From: Dicyema japonicum
Taxonomy: Eukaryota > Animalia > Dicyemida
Assembly: GCA_011109175.1 (NCBI GenBank)
Contig: RDEW01000003.1
Location: forward strand, 124,001 to 188,000
Direction: 5' to 3'
Length of the DNA: 64,000 nucleotides
Part shown: piece by piece, positions 23,676 through 36,153 of the stretch
How positions within the stretch are numbered: the stretch's first letter is position 1
Layout: the number at the start of each line of letters is the position of its first letter
Position numbers and translations under genes: made by a program
The notes under the pieces: generated by a model
The model's database searches: none
Seen by the model: only the letters and a program-made list of their open reading frames with translations
Told to the model about the DNA's origin: nothing

Positions 23676-25770
23676 ATGTCAAGCGACACTAAAAATATAG
23701 CGCATAATGAAACTTGGGGGAATAAACTCGACTTTTTGGTATCCACAATTGGGTTATCCATTGGTTTCGGAAATGTTTGGAGATTTCCCTATCTGTGTTA
23801 CAAACACGGTGGAGGTTTACTTTATTTTAACATCTCAGGGGCATTTCTGATACCTTACTTTATCTCTGTCTTCCTTTGCGGAATTCCTTTGCTTTATATT
23901 GAAAGTATTGTCGGACAAATGACAAGAAGATCGTCTCTTAAAGCATGGAAGTTCACCCCCTTTTTGCAGGGTGATAGAATTTGAGTGATCTAACTATTTT
24001 AGGTATCGGAATAGCTTGTTCGTTGGCAAACTTTTATTTGGGGACATTTTACATCGTTCTGTTATCCTGGACTTCCTATTACCTCTTTGTTTCATTCAAA
24101 AAACCATTCCCTTGGACATATTGTGACCCCGAATGGGCAACTAAAAAATGTCAAACCAACTTTTCGAACTTTCTAGCCAACTCTTCTCAATACACAGATC
24201 CAGTAAATGAATATTTTAAGTAATATCTTCTTAAGCTATTTTAGTAACAAAGTTCTAAAAGTCACAAACTCAATCGGTGAGGTTGGTGGTCTAAATTTGC
24301 CACTCGTCGGATGTATGGTCTTCTCCTATACTCTGTGCTACATCATAATTTTCAAAGGAATCAGAGTTTCTGGAAAAGTTTGGAGTAAAATGCTATATTT
24401 CAGATAATGTACGTTACTGCATTATTTCCATTCATTCTCCTCTTCGTTTTGCTGGGAAGAAGCGTCAGTCTTAAAGGATCTATTCAAGGAGTTAATACTT
24501 TTTGAATCCCGATATAAAAAAGCTAGCATCACTTGAGGTCTTATATTATTCCTGAATGTTAAATCTAATCAATATCACCTATTATAGTCTATATTACGAG
24601 GGTCTTTAGATATGGTCAGATGCAGGAACCCAAATATTCTTTTCTTATACATTAGCATGTGGCGTTTTTACTGCATTGGGTTCTCATAATAAGACAGATC
24701 ACAATACTTACCGGTATAGAAGACAAATAGGCATACACGACTAATTCTACAATCTATTAATTTCATGTTTCTAATGTCTTTAGAGATGTCTTTGGATATT
24801 CAATAATGAACACATTATGTAGTATAATCGCTGGATTTGTTATTTTCCGGTTCTTGGATTCATGGCGAATCGTCAGCATGTACCGATTGAGGCAGTAACC
24901 GACTCTGGTAATCATAATGGTTTATATTTAGGTCCTGGATTGGCTTATATCGCGTATCCACGTGCCCTAGCAGAACTCAGTGATCCAAATGCCTGGGCAG
25001 TACTATTTTTTATTTCCTTGATATTTCTTGGCATAGACAGCGAGGTTTTACGTTTTAGTGAATTATAGTTCGTAACCTTGGAAGCCACAGTCTTGGCAAT
25101 TGAGGATGTTACCGAAGGACATTTCAACATTAAGTACCGCAAAGAACTGATCACACTCATTGTCTGTCTCGTGTCTTTTTGTGTGAGTCTGACAATGGTC
25201 ACTAATGTATTTTGCGTATAAACCCCTCAGGGTGGAATATACGTGTTCGAAATATTCAACTATTTCCCTGTAAGTAAAGTAGTCGTCTTTGTGGGACTCT
25301 TGGAAGCCATCAATGTCGTCTTTGTTTATGGTTTGTAGATTTTGGATATTTAAGGTTATGATCGTTTGCTGAATGACATGAAGATCCTAAATATGAAACC
25401 CCCGGATTTATTTTCAAATGGATCATTATTATTTTCACTCCAGCATACACATTGGTGGGCTCATATGTACTTATCTTGCAGATCATTTTCATCCTCAGTT
25501 CGATAACAGCTTCTGATATAAGCTACAGAGATTATCGTTTTCCGACGTGGTCCATTGGAATCGGATGGATGCTTTCAGCCTCAGTAATTTTCCCAATTAT
25601 AGCGTGTCCTATTTATAACATGTACATGTACAACGAGGGTTCACTCCTAACAGTTAATTTCACGGTTAAAGTTTAAGAGATTCAAAAGACTATTCATCTC
25701 ATCTTGTATAGTCACAAATGAGTTGCAGGAAGAAATTGAAAATCGGCAAATCAAACAAAATAAGCTTTAA
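23676..25770 (+). CDS. SLC6 sodium:neurotransmitter symporter (GABA/taurine/creatine-like), ~13 exons; three apparent 1-bp frameshifts
   Basis: [55 protein letters not shown] and GIDSEF; introns e.g. 23815-23838, 23971-24002, 24220-24244, 24378-24403, 24538-24609, 24714-24783, 24908-24931. Confidence 0.9.
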
Positions 25771-26419
25771 TTAGTTAACATTCTTTAATTTAAACTAACA
25801 AAATTTATTTAGTTTTTTTAAATAAAATTAAGGTCCATACATTTTTGTTTTTTTTTAATTCTTAAATTCTGTTGAATTCTTTCTTTCATATAAGCAGTTT
25901 TGACTGGACGACAACAAAAGATGATGAGGGCAGCTACTCTAGCTAACAGCCCCCTCTATGAAGCCATGAACGAATACCTTAATAAGATATCCTTTCTGGA
26001 GAGCCATCCAGGATTCTCGCCCACATCGGATAGGACCTCCCAATGTCGGGGTGGAGTCACTTAGTTGGGAACTTTTTTTTTTCTTTTTAACCGGGTGATC
26101 CTGTGGTAACAATAATTTCAGATAAAACGCCTATCATCAAATTATGCAATTTAGTCTGACTTTTCTGTTCAACTTTATGGAAAATCACTTCAATCTGGTA
26201 GTTGTAGCAAATCTGAATTTAATATCAAAAATAATTTAATTAATATAGGGAGTTTGAATCATCAAGCTGTTTCCTCTGACAATAATCATCGAGATACTGT
26301 TTCGAAGCCATCCATTCTCATTTAGATCCTTGGTGACCACTTAGATCATTCATTTCATCCGACGGACTAGATCTTCCGCTTGTGGGCCAAGGATTCCTGA
26401 CGTCTTTACAGAAACTGGG

Positions 26420-26980
26420 ATTATTTATTTATTAACCCCGGGATCACCGAGAAAGAAAGACAAAAGTAAAGTCAAATAGTTAGGTGATCCCAGTTCCCGC
26501 AACCAAACGTACCGTGTGCGTCTCCATTGTTCCCACTGTCGAACGGAAATGCCTTCTTTGATCCTTGCAGAGCAAGCCGATTGGGGAAGGAAATTTCTTA
26601 GCCAACCGATTTTCTTTTGCGTGGAACAGTGAGAGGCTTAGTGGGTGTCCATATTCCTCGCAAATGCGGAGAAATCCGGAACCAAATTTACGAGTTGTAG
26701 ATTCCGTCAGCAGGGGAGGTATTTTTGTTCCACATTCTGGTCCCAGCATAAGTATCGTTTTCCTTTGCAGTAAGTTTAGTTTTTGGATAGTGGTCTCTGA
26801 TAACGCGAATCTCCACACAGCAGAGGCATATTCCACAGCTGGCGCGATTGTCTGGCGGTATATGGTTCCGATTGCTTTATTGCAAATGGGATAAACAAGT
26901 GATCCTCCGAAATACTTCAGTACTTGCTTTTCTTCAGATCCTCGAAGCAAGTCCGAGACTGAAGAGGCCAAATTTTTGAG
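26420..26980 (-). mobile_element. 5'-truncated Vingi-like LINE (ORF C-terminus + 3' UTR); related pieces at ~1050-1560(-) and 30430-31130(+)
   Basis: IYRQTIAPAVEYASAVW (LINE thumb/C-terminal motif) through TGIT*, then ggggttaataaataaat tail. Confidence 0.75.
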
Positions 26981-28813
26981 AATAGCAATTAAAACGTGGA
27001 AATAAAAAAATCACATAAAATAAATTGTAATTGAATTTTGATTGTGGTTGAACACTAAACATTCTAATGCCCTCAAAATTTCTATGTTTGGTTTTTGATT
27101 AAAGTTACAGTCAGCTAAGCGGCTAAAGAGGGGAAGTCACTAATAGGGGGATGTCACCTTTATCGACTTTCTACCTTCTACATATATTATAGAGTGTGGA
27201 AATCCATTATTCGCTGCGGAAAAGACAGATAAGTCTAAAGGAAAAAAATAAGTAGGTTCCTCCGCCTGTTCACATTCCGCAAATCGCTGTCGAGACAACT
27301 AGAGTATAAGCAAGAAGTCACCGTTTTTTATCGAAAGGCTGGGATGTCTAACCACACTCAGAAGAAAGCCAGTAGCCCCTACAGTTAATCTCCACTTCAG
27401 TTGTGAGGCAACGCCTATAATTATGTCGAGAAAATCAATAGTTAGATTAATAAACGCTCTTGATTTTATTTTAAACAAATTCTCTCAATTTCCAGTTTAC
27501 ATGGAATCATTGTAATCTGTAGACATAACAATTAAAAAACAGAAATAAAAACCCATAAATAAATTGCAGTTTTAATTGGATTTTGATGAGGTGGTCAAAC
27601 ACGTGCGATAATGTATTCTTTAGGAATGTCTTTAGGCCGTCGTTTCGCAAAAATTTTAAGAAACCACCTTTTTTTGATTATTGAGACAATGTTATACTTA
27701 GCCAGTGGTTAATGGGGCGGAAGGTTGAGGTTACGACGTCTTTATTGCAGAAAATGTCTAGTTAGGTTCATAGTGTATGAAACCCCTTGTTTTTCTCTCC
27801 GTGAATATGGATGAGGTGACGGACTCGGGAGACATCGGAAACCTGAAGTTCTGAACAAAGAATGTATCGACGCCTGTAGGACCCAGGTTTGAAATCGAAA
27901 ATGAAAGAGCTTAGAAGATTATCTGTCAGGGAGTGCACGTGTTAGAATAATAGTCAATATGATCACATGTATGCTGCTAATAATAATGGTCTCGTCTTCT
28001 TTATAAACACATCGGGAACTCGACGTTTTGAACTAAGAACTGTCGGATACACTAAGTGTGCAGGTTCAAATCCCATCTGTCACAATATTCGAAGGAATTC
28101 GGTGAAGTATGTCTTTGGGGTAAAGAGGGGAATTGTTGGTTCGATTGTTAATTCTCGAACATTCTATTATTAACAAAAATTGAATTAATTACTGTCACGG
28201 TCCGTTGAAATAAAAGCCGATTTATGTTAATGTAAGCTTGAATGATTTTTTATTAACACAAAATTAAGTTAATTTATTAAATTAAAAACAATCAATCCGA
28301 GCTGACATGACTGCGTGGTTACTCCCTCTCAGGATTGCGAACGAGATTCGCTCAAATGATCAGCAGCGCTAGTGGAGATGACGCAAAATTAAGTAAGGTT
28401 AACTGTGAGGACAATTAAAATACCATGAGTACTACCCCGATTGGAATCTTCCTGGGGTCCTTTGTCATCCAGACATCACTCAGTAATCTTGACGTATGAG
28501 AACAGATCCGAGCCTTTCAAATAGAAAGGAGCCATTCTCTCTTCCACAGTCATCCTTACTCGTCTCAACAGTTTCTCTTGGTCCTCATTCAGCTTAGCGT
28601 CGGACCCCATACAAAGAACAACCCTGATAGCAGACTACTTAAACTTTACCGACAAAATGATTTTCTCTCCTCTGGGAGTCTAAGGCAAACTTATTGAACA
28701 AGATCTTCAATAAACCATAATTCCCAAAAAAAACTATCAAAAACAAAGATAACATCACTGAACATAACAAATAGTAACCATACGAAAATTAAAGTACACG
28801 TGGAAATACAAAA

Positions 28814-29672
28814 TTAATCAGAATGAGTATCTCCATTGTTGTGACCATTACTTCGCCTGCTTTCACCAGAATTGCTTCTCGAACAACTCGACCTACTCCT
28901 AGAACTCACACTCCTTGAATTCGAAGACCTCCGTGAACTCGATTCCCTTCATTATCACAAGCCACAACCTCGGTTTTCTTCTCTTATTCTGAGAAGACCC
29001 AGAACTGCCGCTAGAACACGATCTCTTCCTTCTTCTCCTCACATCTGGACTAGACGACTCCCTCAGGTCACTGATTACCTTCAGAACCCGACCGTTCAGC
29101 TCATAATTGTCAAATTTGTCTACCGCACGCTCCATGTCTTTCCTCGAGTAAAACTCCACCAATCTGAATAAAGTAATCCAAATTACCCTTCACGTTTCCT
29201 GTGTTTGTGAGCGTCTGCATAAGTGACATCCCCAGCCTTCCGCATGAGGTCCTTCAAATCCTTTAAAATTCCATAAATTCGAGTAAACTTGCCAGCTCAC
29301 AGCGGAGGACAGATTCTCCACGATGATTCGATACTTTGTTCGGATTGGGTGACCGTACTGTTCCATATATCGAGGTTTTCCATCGTAAGAAGACCTATTC
29401 GATCCCCGACTCCTGGCATAATCAAGGTGGACGCTAAAAATAGGTTAGAATCATTACTTTTCACCGCAGATTGGATGTCCGTTCAGATCCCTTATGGCAT
29501 CCTCGGCATTTTTGGATGATCTGAATTCCTGAAATGAGGAAAATAAACGAACGACAAAGCCGTATCCATTTTTTACGAGAATATCAATCACTCCTCTGTG
29601 ATTCCTGAAGAAGTGTTCTATATCAGATTTACGCGCAGCTGTGGATAGTTTACCAATGTGAATTCTGGACAT
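28814..29672 (-). CDS. SR splicing factor of the SRSF4/5/6 (SRp55/B52) type; 6 exons
   Basis: RRM1 (KNGYGFV|EF), RRM2 with SWQ|DLKD and an RS-rich tail; introns of 22-28 nt, e.g. 29529-29552 and 28947-28968. Confidence 0.9.
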
Positions 29673-29869
29673 CTACGGAAGGAATATTTATTTCAAATAG
29701 CTTTAAGTTCTCATTAAGACCAAAAACGAAAAAACCCCAACCTCACACAATGTTCACGATTTATTTTATTATTATTTAGCAAATAAATATTAACTTAAAA
29801 TATAATTTAAAATTATTAAATGTTCTATAATTCCACAAAATCAGTATTTTTTAGAATAAGCCAATCTTA

Positions 29870-30385
29870 CCTGCAGAAACTAAATATAATCAAACCGCTC
29901 TTGAAGTTCAGGCCGTCACAGGAATGCGCCCTCGTCGTGTTCAATCAATTCCTAAAGCCGACGATTGAGTATGCTTGTGCCTCATTGGCCTATGGAGCTT
30001 CGATATCAAATTCATTCAAGATCGATTCCCTAATTGGCAAACTGGCACGTCTAACGAATCTACCACCCGATCTTTCCCCCTCCCCCAATGCTTGACCACG
30101 CCGCAATCAAAAATAATGGCTCCGGCTTCATCGGTCTGTGTGGCCAAGAAACAAGTCGTTTCTTCCATTCAAGGCTAGAGGCCTCAAATACACGAAATAA
30201 GGGAGAAAACCCACCCCTCTTCAAACTCTAATGAAAGATGATCGTCGTCTATTCAGGAAAGCCGTGGGTACTCTGGAGAAAGATAGGAAAAACCTCTCGA
30301 TCCTGTTGAGGTGTACCGGGATCACTTAATTAGTTGGTTTACTCCTTTTTTCTTGGTGTTCTCTTTTCGGGGTTATTAAATAAAT
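29870..30385 (+). mobile_element. 5'-truncated copy of the LINE at 32160-35115
   Basis: Nearly identical to 34620-35110, including the 3' UTR and tail. Confidence 0.9.
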
Positions 30386-32159
30386 AATAAATGATAATAC
30401 CTGCAGAAGTTTAACGTTGCACGTGCGCTTGTCGGGAAAATTCCTTTGACTTTGGATGCTTCAGTTGCAGCACTCTACCGACAAACTATCGCGCCGGCTG
30501 TGGAGTACGCCTATGTTGCGTGGAGATTCGCGTTTTCAGAAACTACGTTCCACATACTCAATTCATTATACCAAAAAACTATTCATATGATGGACCCTTA
30601 TATTAGATTAATGCTTAATCCGCTACTCACGGAAGCTACGACCCGTAGTTGCGGATCCGGATTCATAGAAAACCCGCTTGGCCTGTCCTTTGACAAAGAA
30701 AAAGAAAGTCGATTGGCTAAGAAGTTCCTCTCCCCAATCGGATTCCTCTGCAGGGATGAGAGAAAGCTTTTTCGAGTTTTGGCTCGATTGATTGCGGGAA
30801 TTGAGATTATCTAACTGTCTGACGTTTGTCTTACTTTCTCGGTGATTCTGGGGTTCTCAATAAATAAATAAGCCAATCAGACGTTGAGAAATGGCCAGAG
30901 CTTCCTACGTACCTGAAGGAGCTAGGAAACCTATTCAGAGAAAGAGCGGACCATGCAGAGGAATTCAGATCGACAATAAACAAAAGTGCACTCCGATAGA
31001 ATTTTTCTGCAGACATAAGAGAAGACACTTCAGGAGTGGAGTTGGTTTGCTGGCGGAGTATTCGAGAGATGTTGGAAGCTGGGATCACCTCATTTTCTTG
31101 GTAATCTTGGGCTTTGAAAATAATAAAAGCCAATCAGAGGAAATTTGGATGAAACAAACTTGTAGGAAGGATACTATGGGGTATATCACAAGCTTAACCC
31201 TAAGTATTCATATGCTTAAACACGGGGGTGCAATTAACTAAGTAAAATTGGGACTCGCTGTTTATGGTGTGAATAATCTCTGGAAGTTTTCGAATGTTTT
31301 ATTTCCCCTTGACCATCAAGTCTTTTAAGGCGAACTGACTTGGCGGCTTTCACGTTTTCTACCTTTAGCGGAAATGGGGTTAGTGATTTAATTAAAGAAC
31401 ATGTGAACCATTCATTGGTAGACTCAGTCTTGTAGGAAAAATAAATGGCTTTCACATGGATCTAACACTGTATGTCACTTCGATTAGTCACTGTTTTTCA
31501 AGGTTTATCATAATCAGTGGAAATTGCTCTTTTTTTAAGAATAGTTAACAATAACTCATTTCCCTTAACCGATCTTACCTTATATGAATCTGTCACACAG
31601 CTTCTCGAATTTTTGGAATCATCATTGTAGTATACTTCATTTACACTTAATTCAAATTCAAAATATGTCTCTAAAAGACTCATGGAATTCGAGCGTTGCA
31701 GGCGAAAGGGAACCAGACGTTTCAACCGCGAGCGGAAAAACAAAAAATCTCCGGGAAGGATCGCTTACTTTCCCCGTTTTGACCTCTCATCCTTCTCATG
31801 GCTGAATTGGAAATAATTTTGAGTACTGCATGATGTCTCAAGGTCAGTTCTAAATGACATGACTCAGTTTTTTTCAATCAAATAATTTTATCTCGAAAAA
31901 TGACTTGAAAAACTGCTAGATTTTAGCTCACTGACACGATCACTTTGTTAGCTTGTCCCATTGTCACATAGAACTCTATAAAAGTCAGTTATAGAGTATT
32001 TTGAATCCCATAGGCACGTGCATCAAATTAAATCACGGATTTCCTTTCAATTTATAGTTTAGCAGAAAAATAGAATTTTTATCAGTCAAAAAATTATTTA
32101 AAATAATATTGCCGTACACAAAAAACGAGACCAGTCAACCAAGTGGATAATTTTTGGAA

Positions 32160-35115
32160 TTTTCTCGTGGCGTAATGTGGTTACCTTTTGTGGTGGCGCT
32201 CAGTGTAATAATACACCAAAAAGAACCATTTGCTCTTCCCCATCCAGACTCCTTATGTCTGGATGGTATACCTCAATTGGAAACTCGAGATGTTGTTTGT
32301 TCCCCTGGATTCTATTGCTTTCTGGAGATATTGAACAAAACCCTGGACCAGAACCCTTGTTATTATGCAACTCAATGCTAACGGAATAAAAACAAAAATT
32401 CTGGAGTTACGATGTTAATTAGCTAAGCAAAAGATTGACATCTGCCTTATCCGGAAGTCAAAACTTTCTACAAAGAGTACAACCCCACTTTTTCCTGGAT
32501 ACATCTCTATCAGAAAAGACTGCATTGGACGTGGTGGCGGCTTACTCACCATTATTAAAAACGGTTTATCCTTCCACGATGTGAGCTCGCAAGTGGATGA
32601 TTTAATTCTACAGGACAAGACCGTGGAACAAATTTTTATTGATCTTATTAATGAGTCAGAACATCTTATTCTAATAAACATTTACATTCCACCGCCGGGA
32701 TCCTGTCCTAATAACTATGTTCCGAAGCTCGACAAACTGCAAAAAATTCGAAATGTGTTACTATGTGGAGATTTCAACGCCAAACATCCGCAATGGCTCA
32801 GTATTCAGTCGGTAGACAAGAGGGGGAGTCTAATTATCGACTCTCTCGAAAAAATGGTGATTCTGAATCACCCGAATATCTTCACAAGGACACCTGTCCG
32901 AAGAAATGACAACCCAACCTCCCCCGACATATCCTTTGCTTCCTCTAGGATTGCCCCGAAGATTTCATGGAACGTCTCCTACGATTTTCATAGTGATCAT
33001 AATCCGATTATATTAAACCTGAGCCGATTCAATAACTCACGTAGAATTAAAGCAACCTTCAAGGTATATAAGAAAGCTGACTGGTCGAATTTCAAACTTT
33101 TCATTGACCATAACCTAATACATTTTGATCCCACCTCATTTTGCTCCATCGACAAAGCAGTGAACCATCTAAACCATGTATTCCTTCAAGCTGAAAAGTT
33201 GTTTGTACCACGTGCAGTTTAAAAATCCTACAAGCCTACTCTGGACTCGGAGACTCGTCTTCTCGTCAAACAAAGAAACTCCCTGAAGATGAATCATCTG
33301 CAAACCTCTTCTGATTTGGAAAATATAAAATGCTTAAATCAGAGAATTACAAAGCTTATCAGAGAAAAGAAAGATAGGGCGTGGAAGTGCCTATTATCAT
33401 CTATTGGACATATGAAATCCACGAGTCTTTTATGGAAAACTATTCGTCGAATCAAGCTAAACTTATCAGATGTATCAGAATCTTTTTCTGCTCAAAATAC
33501 TGTGCAAGCTAACAACCTAATGAAATATTACGCATCCATAAGTCACATAGACTTCTCGAAATCTCATTCTTGTCACCTTCGGAATTTAATGCCTAAACCA
33601 ACTTTGTGGATCAATTTATTTACGCATGCCGAGGTCACACAGGCTATAGGATCGATGGAGAAATTTCATACGTGTGGTCCTGACGGTATTCCGGGAATTT
33701 TGCTAAAACACCTTGGTAATGTTGCAATCATTTCGAATTGCGTCAATTTTTAATTTATCTTTTAACAAGAACGTCATCCCATGCAAATGGAAGAACTCAC
33801 TTATAATACCCCTCCTAAAACTAGGAAAACCAAAAACCTTATCTTTTTCCTACCGTCCAATTACATTAACATGCGCATTATCGCGCTTAACGGAGGAACT
33901 CGTACTCTGGAAAATTAAACACAATTTGCCCTACTGCCACTTACAACATAGTTTCTAATGTGAGCGTTCAACTACGACATATTTGATTTCACTGTCTCAA
34001 TATTTATCAGAAAGATTCAACGAACCGAAACGCCATCTACGGACAATAGTGGTTTACCTGGATTTCCAGAAGGTGTTCAATTCTGTTTCGAGAACATTAC
34101 ACACAAATAAGGATTTTGACACCACTATTCAGCAGGCTATGAAAAAATGGATAGCTAATTTTCTCTCTGGAAGAAGAGGACGTGTCTGTATAGACCACGC
34201 AAGATAGAGGTCTCGTCTCCTACCAATTGGCGTCCCTCAAGGATCGCCCCTCTCCGGTGTTATTCAACTTATTCCTCAACAATTTACCCTGCCCTGGAGG
34301 AGCAGATTCAATGCTTCTCACTTATGCTGACGACATAATCATCGCTAGCAGGAACAAATACGTGGGTACAGCAAAATCAGAGCTTCAGTCACGTATTAAC
34401 AACCTGGGAGCCTGGTTGAAGTTGAATCGTCTCTCCATATCCGGGAATAAATCAAGTATACAATCTTCACCACGGACAGAAAAGAAAAACATACACTGAT
34501 TTGAACATTTATGGAGACTCCTTACCACTACAGATTCGTCCAACTATCCTGGGAGTGACATTAGACCCTTTGATGACATTTTCTCAACATGTGAAGAACG
34601 TTATGACAAAGGGTCTCAGGAAACTTAATATAATCAAACCACTCTTGAAGTCCAGGCCGTCACAGGAATGCGCCCTCGTCTTGTTCAATCAACTCCTAAA
34701 ACCGACGATTGAGTATGCTTGTGCCTCATGGGCCTATGGAGCTTCGATATCAAATTCACTCAAGATCAATTCCCTAATTGGCAAACTAGCACGTCTAACG
34801 AATCTACCCCCCAATGCTTGACCACGCCGCAATCAAAAATAATGGCTCCGGCTTCATCGGTCTGTGTGGCCAAGAAACAAGTCGTTTCTTCCATTCAAGG
34901 CTAGTGGCCTCAAATACACGAAATTTGGGGAAAAAACCCCCTCTTCAAACTCTAATGAAAGATGATCGTCGTCTATTTAGGAAAGCCGTGGGTACTCTGG
35001 AGGAACACAGGAGATACCTCTCGATCCTGTTGAGGCTTACCGGGATCACTTAATTAGTTGGTTTACTCCTACTTTTTTGGTGTTCTTTTTTCGGGGTTAT
35101 TAAATAAATAAATAC
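32160..35115 (+). mobile_element. Near full-length Ingi/Vingi-like LINE: 2A peptide - APE endonuclease - RT; inactivated by stops and frameshifts
   Basis: QLNANG, RGGGLL, INIYIPP, CGDFNAKH and SDHNPI (APE); CGPDGI, YRPITL, LDFQKVF, GVPQG, YADD and ILGVTLD (RT); cggggttattaaataaataaa tail. Confidence 0.9.
32309..32350 (+). other. 2A-like ribosome-skipping (StopGo) motif ILLLSGDIEQNPGP
   Basis: Matches the D(V/I)ExNPGP consensus with a hydrophobic LLL run upstream, immediately before the APE domain. Confidence 0.9.
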
Positions 35116-36153
35116 ATAAATAATTGGCCAAGAGGCTGAGGTGGTGATGAAATGTCTACTATTGTGGATGAAAGCCTTTATCTTTTTTCTTCTTGTGAAC
35201 ATGAATGAGGTGACGGACCCAGAAGACATCCGAAGCTGCGCGTTCTGAACAGAGGAAGTGTCAATCTTACACAGCTCAAAATTGATAGAACTTGGAAGGC
35301 CATCAGTCTGAAGCTGTCCGTATAGGATGTCAGAAATAAATGGTCCCAGAGAGTTACTGGACATCAACATTCACGGATAAGCACAAACTTAATGTCCACA
35401 ACCACAAAAGTCAAGCAAAACTCAATACCCCACGCTCAACACATGGAATACCCAAATCCTAGGAAACACACCCGAAGAATTAAAAGGATCTACTAATAGA
35501 AGTGTCATAAGTACCTGATCAAAATCCCAATTGTCCCGGATCCGCTGTACATTTCGGCTGCAGGTTCCACATATCTACGCTTCTTTGGATTGACGAGTGA
35601 CGCCGTCATCAGTGAATACTTCACTGTGGAACTCAAAAAAAAATCCAAGAACATTTGTTGGTTCCAATTCTAACATTAATTATCATAACTGTGCCCTTCT
35701 CTAATAAAGTGCGTGTCACGCCGGATATGTATTATGACTTTATGGTCGTGTCTCTACTTTTTATTAACCCAAGACTGCTAAGCCCAGCTCAAACAGTCAC
35801 AACTAATTAATCCGAGGAAGGAATCCAAGGGAGAAAGTCTACTTGTGCAGACCGAATCCATCCTCCAATAGCTTATTACAGACTTCCGCTTCTGAAGAGA
35901 GGTGGGGAAGTAGGTCCACTCTTCTATTTGCATCACACGTCCTACCGGCGCAGACATCACTTCATTCTTCGGCAGAAGAGTTTTCATAACGTAACCTTCA
36001 CCAGTAGATTTGGTCAGGGGGAAGGTGTCTCTCCTCATAGTAACAGTGATGATTTAAAATAAATGACCAATATCATGTTCACTTAAACAACGTGGTAACG
36101 GATCACACAAACATCTACCATTTATTGAATTAAAATCATAATAAAAAAGAATA

